Source: Oopsacas minuta (taxonomy: Eukaryota > Animalia > Porifera). From it: DNA of 64,000 nucleotides. Below are positions 37,075-48,605 of this stretch, in pieces. Every line of letters starts with the position of its first letter. The first letter of the stretch is position 1. The stretch covers positions 1,215,930 to 1,279,929 of the forward strand of contig JAKMXF010000222.1 of NCBI GenBank assembly GCA_024704765.1. The letters run 5' to 3'. The notes beneath the pieces are model-generated. The model saw only the letters and a list, made by a program, of their open reading frames with translations, did no database searches and had not been told where the DNA came from. The translations under genes were made by a program, and so were the position numbers.

Positions 37075-40000
37075 ATGTCACAGAAGACTCTCCAACCTAA
37101 ACTAAGAAATCGTATTGTCTCTACCGATGACTCTCGTGTATGTACCATCTGCCTGAGTGGTATAGGAGATTCTTCTACTCCCTCTAAATCACCTGCTAAG
37201 CTTATTGTAGCTCGTCTCTCAGCTTGTCATCACATGTTCTGTGAGGAGTGTATAGTGGAATGGTCAAAGGTTAGAATTACTTCATTGAATCATTTGTTAT
37301 TGGATAATTTGTATTGTATACATTATACATTCTCTTAGCAAACGAATACCTGTCCGATTGACAGAATTAAATTCAATTTGATAGAGCTTTGGGACACTCG
37401 AAAAGATATCAGAGTGGATAACGTAAGTACAATAATTTGATCTTTGCTGGAACCTATGTATTATAATTATTGTTGTTATTGTTGATAGTTCTATTTAGCG
37501 TTTGCGGGGTAGCTAGTTAGAGAGATATTTTATATTTTATTTGAGAGCAAATTTCCAGTGACGAAAGTTCCGCTATGAAATCTATCGAGGAGAAAATTAT
37601 AGCCTTCATTTATTCATTCATCAGGAGACCTGGCACCAAATATTTGGTACGTGTTGTTTTTGGTCTGGTTGGACCACAAATAACACGTACAAAATTTGGT
37701 GACATACCATATATATTTATACTCCTAAATTCAAAGAAATACAGTCAACATCCGGTAACTCGAACATTCGTCATTTCTAACAGATTTGAATTTCCTCTGA
37801 GGAGTTAGTTCCCAAATGTTAACTGTAATATCATTTAGAAATCATTGGAGACAATAAATTAGTAATAATAATTGTCTGGTGTTACTTATCAAGGGAGTAA
37901 TTTGTATAATAATTATTGAATTATCCAATAAACATTACACTAATCTCCAGATACATGTGTCTGACGTCATCCCATCTCAATTACTCCCAACAGATGATCT
38001 TACATATTGTGAGGTAAATTCGTTATTCCTTTGCTTAGTATAGTCTGATCCCAAATCTTGAATACTGAGCTGGAACAACCGTGTTAACACCTCTAACTTT
38101 CAAGGATTTTAACCAGACTATTATTCATAATTATAAGTGATGCATAGTTGTCAAGTCTCACGAATCCAAAGTGAGGCTCACGTATTTGAACACAATCTCA
38201 CTTACATTTTTCCTTCTCATTTTAATATATTTTTGAAAACTTGGAACATGTAGTGATTCATAAGGAAATGACACTATTGCGCCATTCAATATCATATTAC
38301 CCATCCATTTTCATTACAAAAACTAGCCGAATTCAACTGATCATAAATACATTTCACTGATGAATTTTACAAAAGTTGATAACTATGCTTATGTGATGAT
38401 ATCTGTATATTTAATTCTAAGATATGTGGGAGTTGTGACAGAGAGGATGTTCTACTGCTCTGTGACGGTTGTAATAAAGGGTAAGTAAGCTTGAATTGAT
38501 TAGCTATTATATTATTTGTTATAATTAGTTGACTCTACTTTAATGTGTACATTTGTACCATTCACGTAAGCGGAAACTCCAACCGAAATATTTGTATTTT
38601 CTATGGGTCCTTCCTGAAAAATGTCAGCCTAAACAGGCTGTTGACTGTATAACCTCCAGAGGATCTTTTTATTATGAACTCAATTAGATTGCGTACTTAA
38701 ATGCTATATACTTATTGGATATATGATATTACGTTTTCAATATCATACATCTGTTCTCCACTGTATACTATTCGTTGACTTGTTAGATACCACACAGACT
38801 GTCTCCGTCCACGTATAGAAGAGATCCCTATGGATGTGTGGTACTGCAGACATTGTATTCCTCTTCTGGGACGAGCAACGAGATGGACAGAATACTATGA
38901 CTCTTCACAAGAGCAGGAGAACGTCTATGTTAATCCACAAATACCTGAGTTCACAGAAATAACTCAGGTATTATTAGTAGCCTTGTGTATAAGAAAGATA
39001 CTGAGTCATTTCATTTGTCTGAGTCTTATTGTTATTTCTTTAACTATGAATATTATAATTAATCATTGTATATGTATCAAATAAAGAGAGAGAGTTATAT
39101 TATCGTTAACATCATTACCTAGTCAAGGTTCATTTAGTTGGGGGCAGGGGCAATTGCATATCCACACCTTGAATATTTTCTTTGTACAGATAAGATATTG
39201 TACTTTTCAAATTTTGTGATTTATTGGGACATATCACGTAAGGTATACGTAAGCTATCCAACTTTTATCACCTAGCAGCTATCAGTTAATTTTAAGGTGA
39301 TAAGTCATTGAGTTAGTATGGGAGGTAACTGTAACAAGGGTCATTAAATCAGATAGATATTATGGATATCCTTATTGGGTGAGCTTAGTACATATGAAAT
39401 GATTCAAGTAGATGAGTATTTATTTCGGTTTTAATACTACTCACTGATATATATTATCTTGTCTGTATTTATGTGTGTAGGCTGTTTCAGATAATTCTTC
39501 TGGGTTTGAAGGCACAGGTCGTCCTAGAAGGAAGAGGAAGAGATACATCCCCCCCTCGTCTCCCTCCGTCTCATCTGATGGAGACTCTGAGAGTGATTCT
39601 CAGACCTTCATTGTCTCCTCCCGATCCGCCCGCCCCGTCAAAAAGCTTCCACCCAGGAGGACTAGGAAGAGAAGAAAAAGAAGAAAAGTTTACAAATCTG
39701 ATGACTTCAGTCAGGATTCACAATCGAGTGACACAACTGCTATTGCTAACCGTCCTAAGAGACTTTGTAGAATGTAATTATTATAAATAGCTTCATTTGT
39801 TTATTTACTGTATAACAAGCTGTTTACTTGCTTCCGCTCCTCCGCTTCGTGACTATTAGATTATATCGCAGACATCACGCTACAACATTTTGTCAACTTT
39901 TCTCAGAGATATGTCAGGATTTCTCCTTGATATGTTAACTTGATTAACTTACATAACTTTACACATACCTACATGCCAATTTTAAATTTGTAGCTCTTAC

Positions 40001-41099
40001 CATTCCTCAAATCTGCATTCAATTTATATCAATACGATTTAAGGGACTGGATAACTACGAGCTACCAAGGCCGCAATGAGTTGAAAGTTAACAACCCGAG
40101 ACTAACCTAATTCGGTTCAACCGCTACACGTGTTTGTTATTTAAGGAACTCCAAGTTGAGATATGACTCAAAATTCGAGAATTCTTAAGGAATTCCCAGC
40201 CTGAGGTTAGAAATTCATAAGTGCCTATTATTGATGGCTGTCTATCGGCAGAATTTGAATACGTGCAGTTCCTGGACCATACCTTGGGTCCAAACCTGAA
40301 CTAGCCAACTCGGTTCACATGATTATATCGTATAATTTATATTATAATGTATTTATGCTAATTTCTTATAGGAATTCTAATCGCCGTTCTCTACGCACTT
40401 ATCAAACTCGTGAGTTCACAAGAAAGCTATTAAGAAACAACTCTCTTGCTACTTCTCCATCTTCATCTACTAATCCTGACGTCACACACATCAGACCTCA
40501 TCTCTGCTTCAGCTTGAGACAGCCTCTCAGCACACAAGCTGTGTTCACTAGGTCTGAATCAGGTTTGTTAATTTAAGTCTCAGATTCCAGCTTTCCACGA
40601 CTAAAAATTATGTTTTGTTCTAAAATCATGGCCTGATTTGCCACGTTCACTACCCTGAACAAATTACAACACCCATGATTATGTTCAAATACATATGTTC
40701 TATATCCTGTATATTTTTTATGTAGATGCAGACACCTCTGATAGCTTCAGCATAATCCTCAATAATGATTATTCTTCTAACGAAGAGCTTACACTCCCTG
40801 ACACAGAGCCATCAGGAAATGACGGAGAGGTGTCAGACAATAACACTACAATTCAGGAAGATATATTAGCTAGTAATACTGAACCGTCTAATAATCTACT
40901 GCCCTGTAGCTCCCATTCAGACAATCCAAATTCTAGATCCCTCAGGCCTAGACCCAGACCACCCAGTAGAAAACTACGAACTTATAATAAAACAAATTCC
41001 TCTAAATCTACAAGACAACCCGCTCCTAGACGAGCTAAATTACAGGCTGAACAGCTGTTACAGCTAAAGGAGTTTATCTCAAGCGATGAAAGCGACTAA
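37075..41099 (+). CDS. PHRF1: PHD and RING finger protein (PHRF1-like), 8 exons; join(37075..37269,37339..37422,37951..38013,38422..38480,38787..38967,39481..39773,40372..40562,40726..41099)
   Basis: RING CTIC...ACHHMFCEECIVEWSK|QTNTCPIDR, then PHD CE|ICGSCDREDVLLLCDGCNKG|YHTDCL..WYCRHC, then a basic/Ser-rich tail. About 479 aa in total, with all junctions GT-AG and in phase. Confidence 0.78.
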
Positions 41100-41980
41100 T
41101 ATATATCCAACTATTTAACCGGGAACAATTCCAGTCCCTCTCGATACATCAGAATACATATGCTTGTATCAGACACACAATCAGCTATGTACACTACATC
41201 CATTCTTATTCGACATTTGAGAATCTTGACTGACAAGTTATTTGTAATTAATGCTTTTATTCAGTTACTAACACCTGTCCTAAATTATTCTACATGTAGT
41301 AATATTGACAATAATTTCAAATATTAGTCACTATTCATTAACCACTTTATCTTAGTTGCCTTTGACCTCATAGCACAACAATTATATTCTGGATGTTATC
41401 TAATAACTCAACCTTCTCTATACACAAAACAAAAGTATTATCTTCATAAATCACGACTGAAGTTTAAGTACCTAATGAAAAGAACACTAAAAATTTAAAA
41501 CTTTGTTTTAACCAATTCTCGTACCAAAAACGAGATTTTAGCACCTTTTTGACGTCATAAAATCACACATTTTTCCGGCAGTATTCGGTTAAAAAGGTAT
41601 TTTTTCTTTCGTGCGATCGTATACATATTAATTTCTGCTAATAGTTGGTTTGGGTTTTTATCATTTTCACACCTTTCATTGTAAAATCTGAGTGATGCTG
41701 GGGTTATGTTCAACTACTGCCTAACCTAAATTATTCTAACGCCTTGCCACATTTGACACATACACCTATATGCATGCTAAAGTATGAAGATGATTTATTT
41801 TTGAACCTTCAACATTTAAATATTGCGATTGTTCAAATCCTGCCGTATCCATTATGATTCACCGAATAACAGAAACAGAAAACTTTCATGTTTATTATAC
41901 AATCTTCAGCTATTTATGAACATTTTATAATATTTGAGATATTATTAGAACATATCATTATATTAGGTTTTACTAAATAA

Positions 41981-42454
41981 CGAGCCTTTGGCTAGTCGCT
42001 TTGCGATGAACTCGGCGCATTCCGCCACGAGGTATCCATTATTCTCCAAATAGATGGCCCTTGTGAGTATTATAATATAGACATATTTATGTACCTAAAA
42101 AGTAAACACATATTCACAATATGCTGTTTACAATACAATATTCGGACTCAGCATACTCGATTACCCCATTATAGTCGTTGAAAGCATGTTTCTACCCCAA
42201 TATTAAAATTTGTTTACTTTACATTCATAAAAACAACAATAAATTTACATATGATTAATCCAAAAGTGTGAAAATCGGATTCAGCATGTTCGGTATATTT
42301 TAGTGAAGTTTTATTGAATTCTATTTACTTCCTTGATAAACACGATAAATACATAGTTATGCGACAATTTCAATATTGCATACCATAAATCCCTTTCTTG
42401 ACAACGGACAAACAAACAGACAAAGAGACAATCATTGAGATTTAATAATATAGA
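41981..42454 (-). mobile_element. Non-autonomous Helitron-like element
   Basis: Minus strand A|TCTATATTATTAAATCTC ... GCCAAAGGCTCG|T; no TSD. Confidence 0.8.
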
Positions 42455-43262
42455 TTCTGTTGTTGGGTTCAGTCGTGTTGTCAGATTTGAAATAATGATT
42501 TGTGACTCAAACAATCACACAAAGTAAAGTTTGTTTGCTTGTTTCGCTTTGTTATCACTTACCAAGACATGTAAGTAGTGTCCTCTCTCTGTTACGGTGG
42601 TGTATTGTGTTGGCACAGCTAGTGCAGCTCATCCTGAGAACCATCTGAAATGTTCCTACCTGGTGTCTGAATAAACGTGTGTGCTGAATGGAATCAGGTT
42701 ATTTCTCCTACAATACAGACCCGGCGTCACTGACTTTGAAGTGGTCCGGTTAAATAGTAGATGCCCTATGTAAGTTGTCCTGTTGAAATCTCACTTACCA
42801 TAGAAACAGTACAAACAGCACCAAAAGAACAACGGGACTGGTGGCGCCGTCCTGCAATACTATACGTAGAGGTGCCTTCCATTAATGTGGGTGATTCACA
42901 TCACCGCGGAGTGCTGTAATGAATTTTTTAAATTTACTAGAATCCATAATACCCGATGCATGACCCTCCAGGTTTGGCACCTGGAGGATGCTCTATAATA
43001 GTCTATATGTGTGACAGTAGTACGACTTGTCCACGAGATCCATCATTATCTAGCGACACGATTAACATGAAAATTAGTGCATATTGAATTAATAATATTA
43101 ACACTTGGCGTTGACATTTGTACCCCGTGGAGTTTATATTTCATCCTAAGGTGAAATTTTCTATCAGCACAATATTATTCAGAGCATTTGAAATGACAAT
43201 CCATGTATTCATTTAGTTTATATCATCTTTTTTAGAATTCTTATTTTAACAACCCCAATAGA

Positions 43263-44687
43263 ATGGCTGCTACTGGTAACAAACGCTGCTACTACGATAT
43301 ACTTTGTGTAGAAAGAAATGCTAGCGAGGACGATATTAGAAAATCTTATAGGAAACTTGCATTGAAACTTCATCCAGATAAAAATCATAATTCAGAAGAA
43401 TCAACGAAGAATTTCTCAGAGCTCCAGGCCGCATTTGAGGTATTAATTGACAAACAGGAGAGAGCATGGTATGACAAACATCGTAAGGCTATCCTATCTA
43501 CAGATTCTGATTACAAAAACTATAAAGATAATAGTATAGACTTATTGCCTTACTTCACAGCTTCTTGCTATACAGGGCTAGGTGATGAAGCTACTGAGTT
43601 CTTCTCTGTCTATAGAAATCTGTTTGATAAAATCTCACAGGAAGACACACCCTTCAGAGAAGATCCTGACATAGTACCTCCCACTTTTGGAGACTCTACC
43701 AGTGATTATGATACAATAGTGTATAGTTTCTATGCCTACTGGATGAGCTATTCAACTCCTATGAGCTACGTATGGAAGGAGAAGTATGATATTAGAGAAG
43801 CTCCTACACGTCGTGTAGCTAGAGCTGCAGAGATGGATAATGTGAAACTACGGGAACAAGCTAAGAAGGAGAGGAATGAGAGAGTAAGAACTCTAACTAT
43901 GTTTGTACGTAAGAGAGATTCTAGAGTCAAAGCTTATGAAGAAATTTTGAATGAAAAGAGACGAGAAAGAGAAGCTAAAGTTAAAGAGCACCGCATTGAA
44001 CAGAAACGTAATCTCTCTCGTATGTACGAGGCTAGTTCCCATACATTAGAGAATGGCGTGATTGAGATTTCAAGTGAGAGCTCTTCTGAATCTGATCTAG
44101 AAGCACGCGAAGAGAATTACTGTCCAGCCTGTGAGAAAAACTTCCACAGTCACAAGACATTCCTGAATCATCAGAAATCTACTAGACATAAGGAGAACGT
44201 AGCTCTCCTTAGAACCCTACTAGAGGATCTCGATCCAATAGATGGTTTGGAGGAGTTAGATATTAATTCAGAGTATGAGGTACAGAAGAGTAGTAGTAAG
44301 AAGTCGAAGAAAAAGAAGAAGAAAAATAAAAATAATATAATTGAGAGCCCTCCTGATCTATCTGATCCTGATAACGATACTAATCAGTTAGCTGAGAATA
44401 ATGATGATGATGATGATTGTATAATGTCTTCATTTGGTACTACTGACATACCTCCCAGTGAAGAGGGTGTCAAGGGGTGGAGCTACTTTGATGATAAGCC
44501 TCACCTCATGAAAAAGAGTAAGAAAGGAAAGAAGAAGGCTCATCCAACTCAGACATTAGTTAAAATGAATGGTCCAGTTTCTAAGATTAATCCACTCGTC
44601 TGTAGAATATGTCAACAACAGTACCCTACCAGAAATCAACTTTTTAGACATATTGAAGTAACTGGACACGCTGTAGCAAAAGTTTAA
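43263..44687 (+). CDS. DNAJC21: DnaJ homolog subfamily C member 21 (Jjj1), intronless
   Basis: J domain with HPDK, ERAWYDKHR, FYAYWMSYST..YDIREAPTRRVAR, FVRKRDSRV and two C2H2 fingers (CPACEK, CRIC..FRHIEVTGHA). Confidence 0.95.
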   Translation: MAATGNKRCYYDILCVERNASEDDIRKSYRKLALKLHPDKNHNSEESTKNFSELQAAFEVLIDKQERAWYDKHRKAILSTDSDYKNYKDNSIDLLPYFTASCYTGLGDEATEFFSVYRNLFDKISQEDTPFREDPDIVPPTFGDSTSDYDTIVYSFYAYWMSYSTPMSYVWKEKYDIREAPTRRVARAAEMDNVKLREQAKKERNERVRTLTMFVRKRDSRVKAYEEILNEKRREREAKVKEHRIEQKRNLSRMYEASSHTLENGVIEISSESSSESDLEAREENYCPACEKNFHSHKTFLNHQKSTRHKENVALLRTLLEDLDPIDGLEELDINSEYEVQKSSSKKSKKKKKKNKNNIIESPPDLSDPDNDTNQLAENNDDDDDCIMSSFGTTDIPPSEEGVKGWSYFDDKPHLMKKSKKGKKKAHPTQTLVKMNGPVSKINPLVCRICQQQYPTRNQLFRHIEVTGHAVAKV

Positions 44688-45179
44688 CAATTAATCTCAA
44701 TTTGTTAGGATTATTGATTGTATTATATTTAATTCATATCCTATTTTCTATAATCTTTAATTTATAATAACGGATTTTAAAACCTCCATTTATTGCATTT
44801 CTATGTGGAAATAACTGGCTTATCCCAAGAACTGGGATTAGATACTATACACACCGACATTTGTTCATTTATGCTGTTAGGTTTGCGTATTCTGAACCTG
44901 CACAAGACCAATTAAATATTATCCATACCGGCATACCATATTCACTTTATATAAAGCGAGCCATGACCTACATTGGTCACGAGGAGCTAAATTATATCAA
45001 TTACTATGTGAATACTAATTATACTTTGTTCTAAAAGACATTCTTTATTGTAATGTATATTATTCTATGCACTCGTGTGTACGTAATTCACGATGGTAAT
45101 ATTTTCATATTAAACTGATTATTATACAATCCCAGCCTTATATCTGTCCAAATAGTTAGCGTATATTCTAGCATCTGTC

Positions 45180-47587
45180 ATGTCTGTGCTGTCTGCAATG
45201 GTAGATGACCTGCTGGGGCACAACAGGAATGAAGATGGAAGTTCAGAAATACACTGGTCAGATGAAAAGGTAGTTTATAAATATTATTACAATTAACATA
45301 CTGTAACATCAACCCTCGGGGGAAATCAAAATCTGTTCGAGTTAACGGGAATTCGGGTTACTGGATGTTGACTATATATTATTATCACTACTCACTACTC
45401 AGGTGTGTAAGTATTTTCTCTGTGGATTCTGCCCTCACGATCTGTTCACCAATACCAAGGCTGATTTAGGTTAGTTGATCTCTGAAAATAAACATCCCTC
45501 TCTTTCTAACTGTTATTATTTGTATTTGTAGGTCCTTGTAAGTTGCTTCATGACGAGAAATTGCTACTACAGTAAGTTATATACTTATAGTGTATACAGT
45601 AGACTATCATATACATCTTTCTAGAAATTGGAGATTAAGTTCATGGATATTCACGTGTTTTGGATTATTTCATCAGACCGATAATTTCTATAACAAGCCC
45701 TCTCATAGTTTAGCATATATTTCTGTTTTATCATGTTTAATACTAAATCATATGTAACTGCACGACACTGGGAAGTTACTCATCCCATAACTCTAGTTTG
45801 ATATTTGATCATTGATAGGTATAATGAGAGTGACAAGCGAGGAGAAATGGGTTATGAACATGATTTCTTGATTCTCCTGGAAGGTATCGTACAAGACTTG
45901 ACCAGGAGACTACAGAGAGGGATTGAGAGACTAGATAGGACATATCACACCCCTATTGAGGTAATCAATATGTACCTCTCTTCTATCATATTATAATTAT
46001 TCCTATGTCACTATTTTAGAATAATCCTTAGTATAGTATGGTACTTATTTTAAACATAAATTGTTAGGAGGAAGACGAATCTACGAAAGCGATCTCAGAC
46101 AAGATTACAGAGCTACTAAGAAAGGTTCGTTGCTTGTTTTGAATGTAACAGATTACTATGTAAAATTGTAATAAATTCATTTTGCTACTATTCATGACAA
46201 AATCCATCACAATAGCAATTCTGTTGATATAGGTTAACTATTGATATAATTTGTCTTATTGTTTAATATTTTCGTTAGACTGAGAGGCTAGGAAGTGAGG
46301 GTAAGATAGATGCTGCACAGGAAGTTATGTCTGAGGTAGAAATACTCAAGAAAGAGAAGCATGGAATATTGGTTAGTGAGGACTGCTGGAAAGTTGTTCT
46401 TTGGTATCTTAAAAAGACTTTTTGCATATTGTAGTGGGTTGGGAATTGTCTCAAACCCCTTCAAAATGGTGTCGATGAATTATATACTTCCGAATTTGAG
46501 TCCATTATTTAATTGGTCTATCTTCTTTAGGCACAAAAGGCCGGGAAAGATCCTAACGATCCAAACGCTCTCCTCTCAAATGATCCAGAGAGACGACTAG
46601 AACTCTGTCAAGTTTGTGGTGCTTTTCTGATAGTAAACGACACACCTCGTCGTATTAACGACCACATGACTGGAAAGATGCATATGGGATATGCTAGGAT
46701 TAGAAATACAGTAACTGAATTGAAGGTACAGTGAATAGCAGTATGTAATAATTATATAAATATAATTGACTGTTTATGTTATTACGTCATGTGGAATGGT
46801 TAGAATTACCCACAAAAGTATTTCCTAAATTTTGTTTATTAAGAATCTTTCGTTTCTATCATAGTTCTACCCCAGTCGATCATTGCTATTTTATTTGCCA
46901 ACTTAACAACTTTACTCCTGGCATTATACAGGTACACTGAGTATTGTATAATTTCGAATACATTCATTCAATGTAGGTACGTACATAGTCACTCTATTCA
47001 GGAGAAGAAGTACTCGTATGTCCTACTCCTATATTGCAATACATTCTATGTGTTACAACTTTTATTTGTACTTATTGTGATATTGACCACATAGTTGTAT
47101 TTCATATACTACTAGTACATATTGACACATGAATTATTGACGCTATTTTGCATGTATATTTAGTTATTTATTCAACTTTTATCCCTACCGCTGTTTGCTC
47201 TATGTTTGTTGGTTGTTATAGATATCTCTTTATGGTGATAATGAATTGAGTACTAAGCAGTCTGTAAAGGAAGAAGGAGAGGTGAGTAGAGATGAACGAG
47301 TGTCTAAGAAACGAGCACATAATAGCAGATCTAGATCTCCTGTTGATAAGAGACATAGAAGTTCATACAGTCGTGATGATAGTCACTCAGAGTCTAGATC
47401 CCATAGCCATAAACACAAGAGCTCTGGATCACACTCCCATTCAAGTCATAAGAGGAGGAGTAGAGATAGTGAGGAGAGGAAGAGCAGATCTTCTCACAAG
47501 AGTCGTAGCAGAGATAGAAGACACAGAGATGATAGAAGTAGGAGTAGGAGTTGGAGTGGTGGTAGCAAGAAGAAGAGACACTATTGA
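45180..47587 (+). CDS. LUC7L3: Luc7-like protein 3; join(45180..45269,45403..45469,45532..45571,45819..45960,46068..46124,46279..46371,46531..46725,47222..47587)
   Basis: VCKYFLCGFCPHDLFTNTKADLGPC..HDE, GYEHDF, second finger LELCQVCGAFL..DHMTGKMHMGY, and an RS tail. The last acceptor is the least certain. Confidence 0.9.
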
Positions 47588-48605
47588 TTAATAACCAGAT
47601 TATTCAGATAATAGTAAGTATTCTTAATCTCTGTCAGGTAATTAGTATTATTAATTTATTGCTTATGTAGAATTACGTAGATGTGTGAAGGTAATAATCA
47701 TATAATTATTGAATGGGATTTTGGTGTTTTGTTGTCCTATGTAATTATTAAGTATGTAATTTGGGAAATGTTTAGCGTTACTCAATGCATTTCATTCAAT
47801 GAGTAAGCAAATACCAAAATTCAAAAAATTTATATTTCTTTGCTAAAATGGATATTTAGTAAAATAATATGTTTCAATAACCAATAATTTTATTTGGTAA
47901 ATTTAAGTCGATACAGACGGTGATTTGAGACGACTATACTTTAGGTAGTGGCCCAGTATTGAAATGATTGCCTATATTATTATTATTTTGTTTATTTGTA
48001 AGCAATTTATATTACAAATATTACAATAAAATAGCTATTATATTACTTTACTTGATTTTTCAGATTTTCTTATCCTCTTATATCTCTAGCTCATTGTGAT
48101 TCTGTCTTTACAACCAATCATATTGTTTACGATCTCTCTACAGGACATTGCCTTTATTATTATTTTATTTACAATTGTTAATCTATAGCTCTACCATATT
48201 CTTGCAGTTCATATATACTTTCCTTTCCTAATGCTAATACACTTTTTAGCTTCTATTGAATTCTAAATTAGTGGGTTTCATAATAACACATACCAACACT
48301 ACACATCAATAATAAATGAATTAACTCCTGCTTATAAGTACGTAATTAGTAGAATTAAGTTCATAGCTATGCTGGGTAATAAATCTATTTATTAATGTGG
48401 CAGCATAGGAGGTCAGGTTTACATATTAAATAATAGACTCTGATTAAATACATTTAATACAATTGGACTTGCATTTCCGACTACTGTGTAATAAGTGGGG
48501 AATCCTACTGTAACGTACTATCATTGATTATTCCTAAATACTGATTGGGCATATTATAACACATTCAATATTTAATACAATCTTTATCTATCTAGTATAG
48601 CTATA

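Noticed and set aside
47292-47591. Alternative-frame ORF over the LUC7L3 last exon
   Set aside because: It is a by-product of RS-repeat codon usage.
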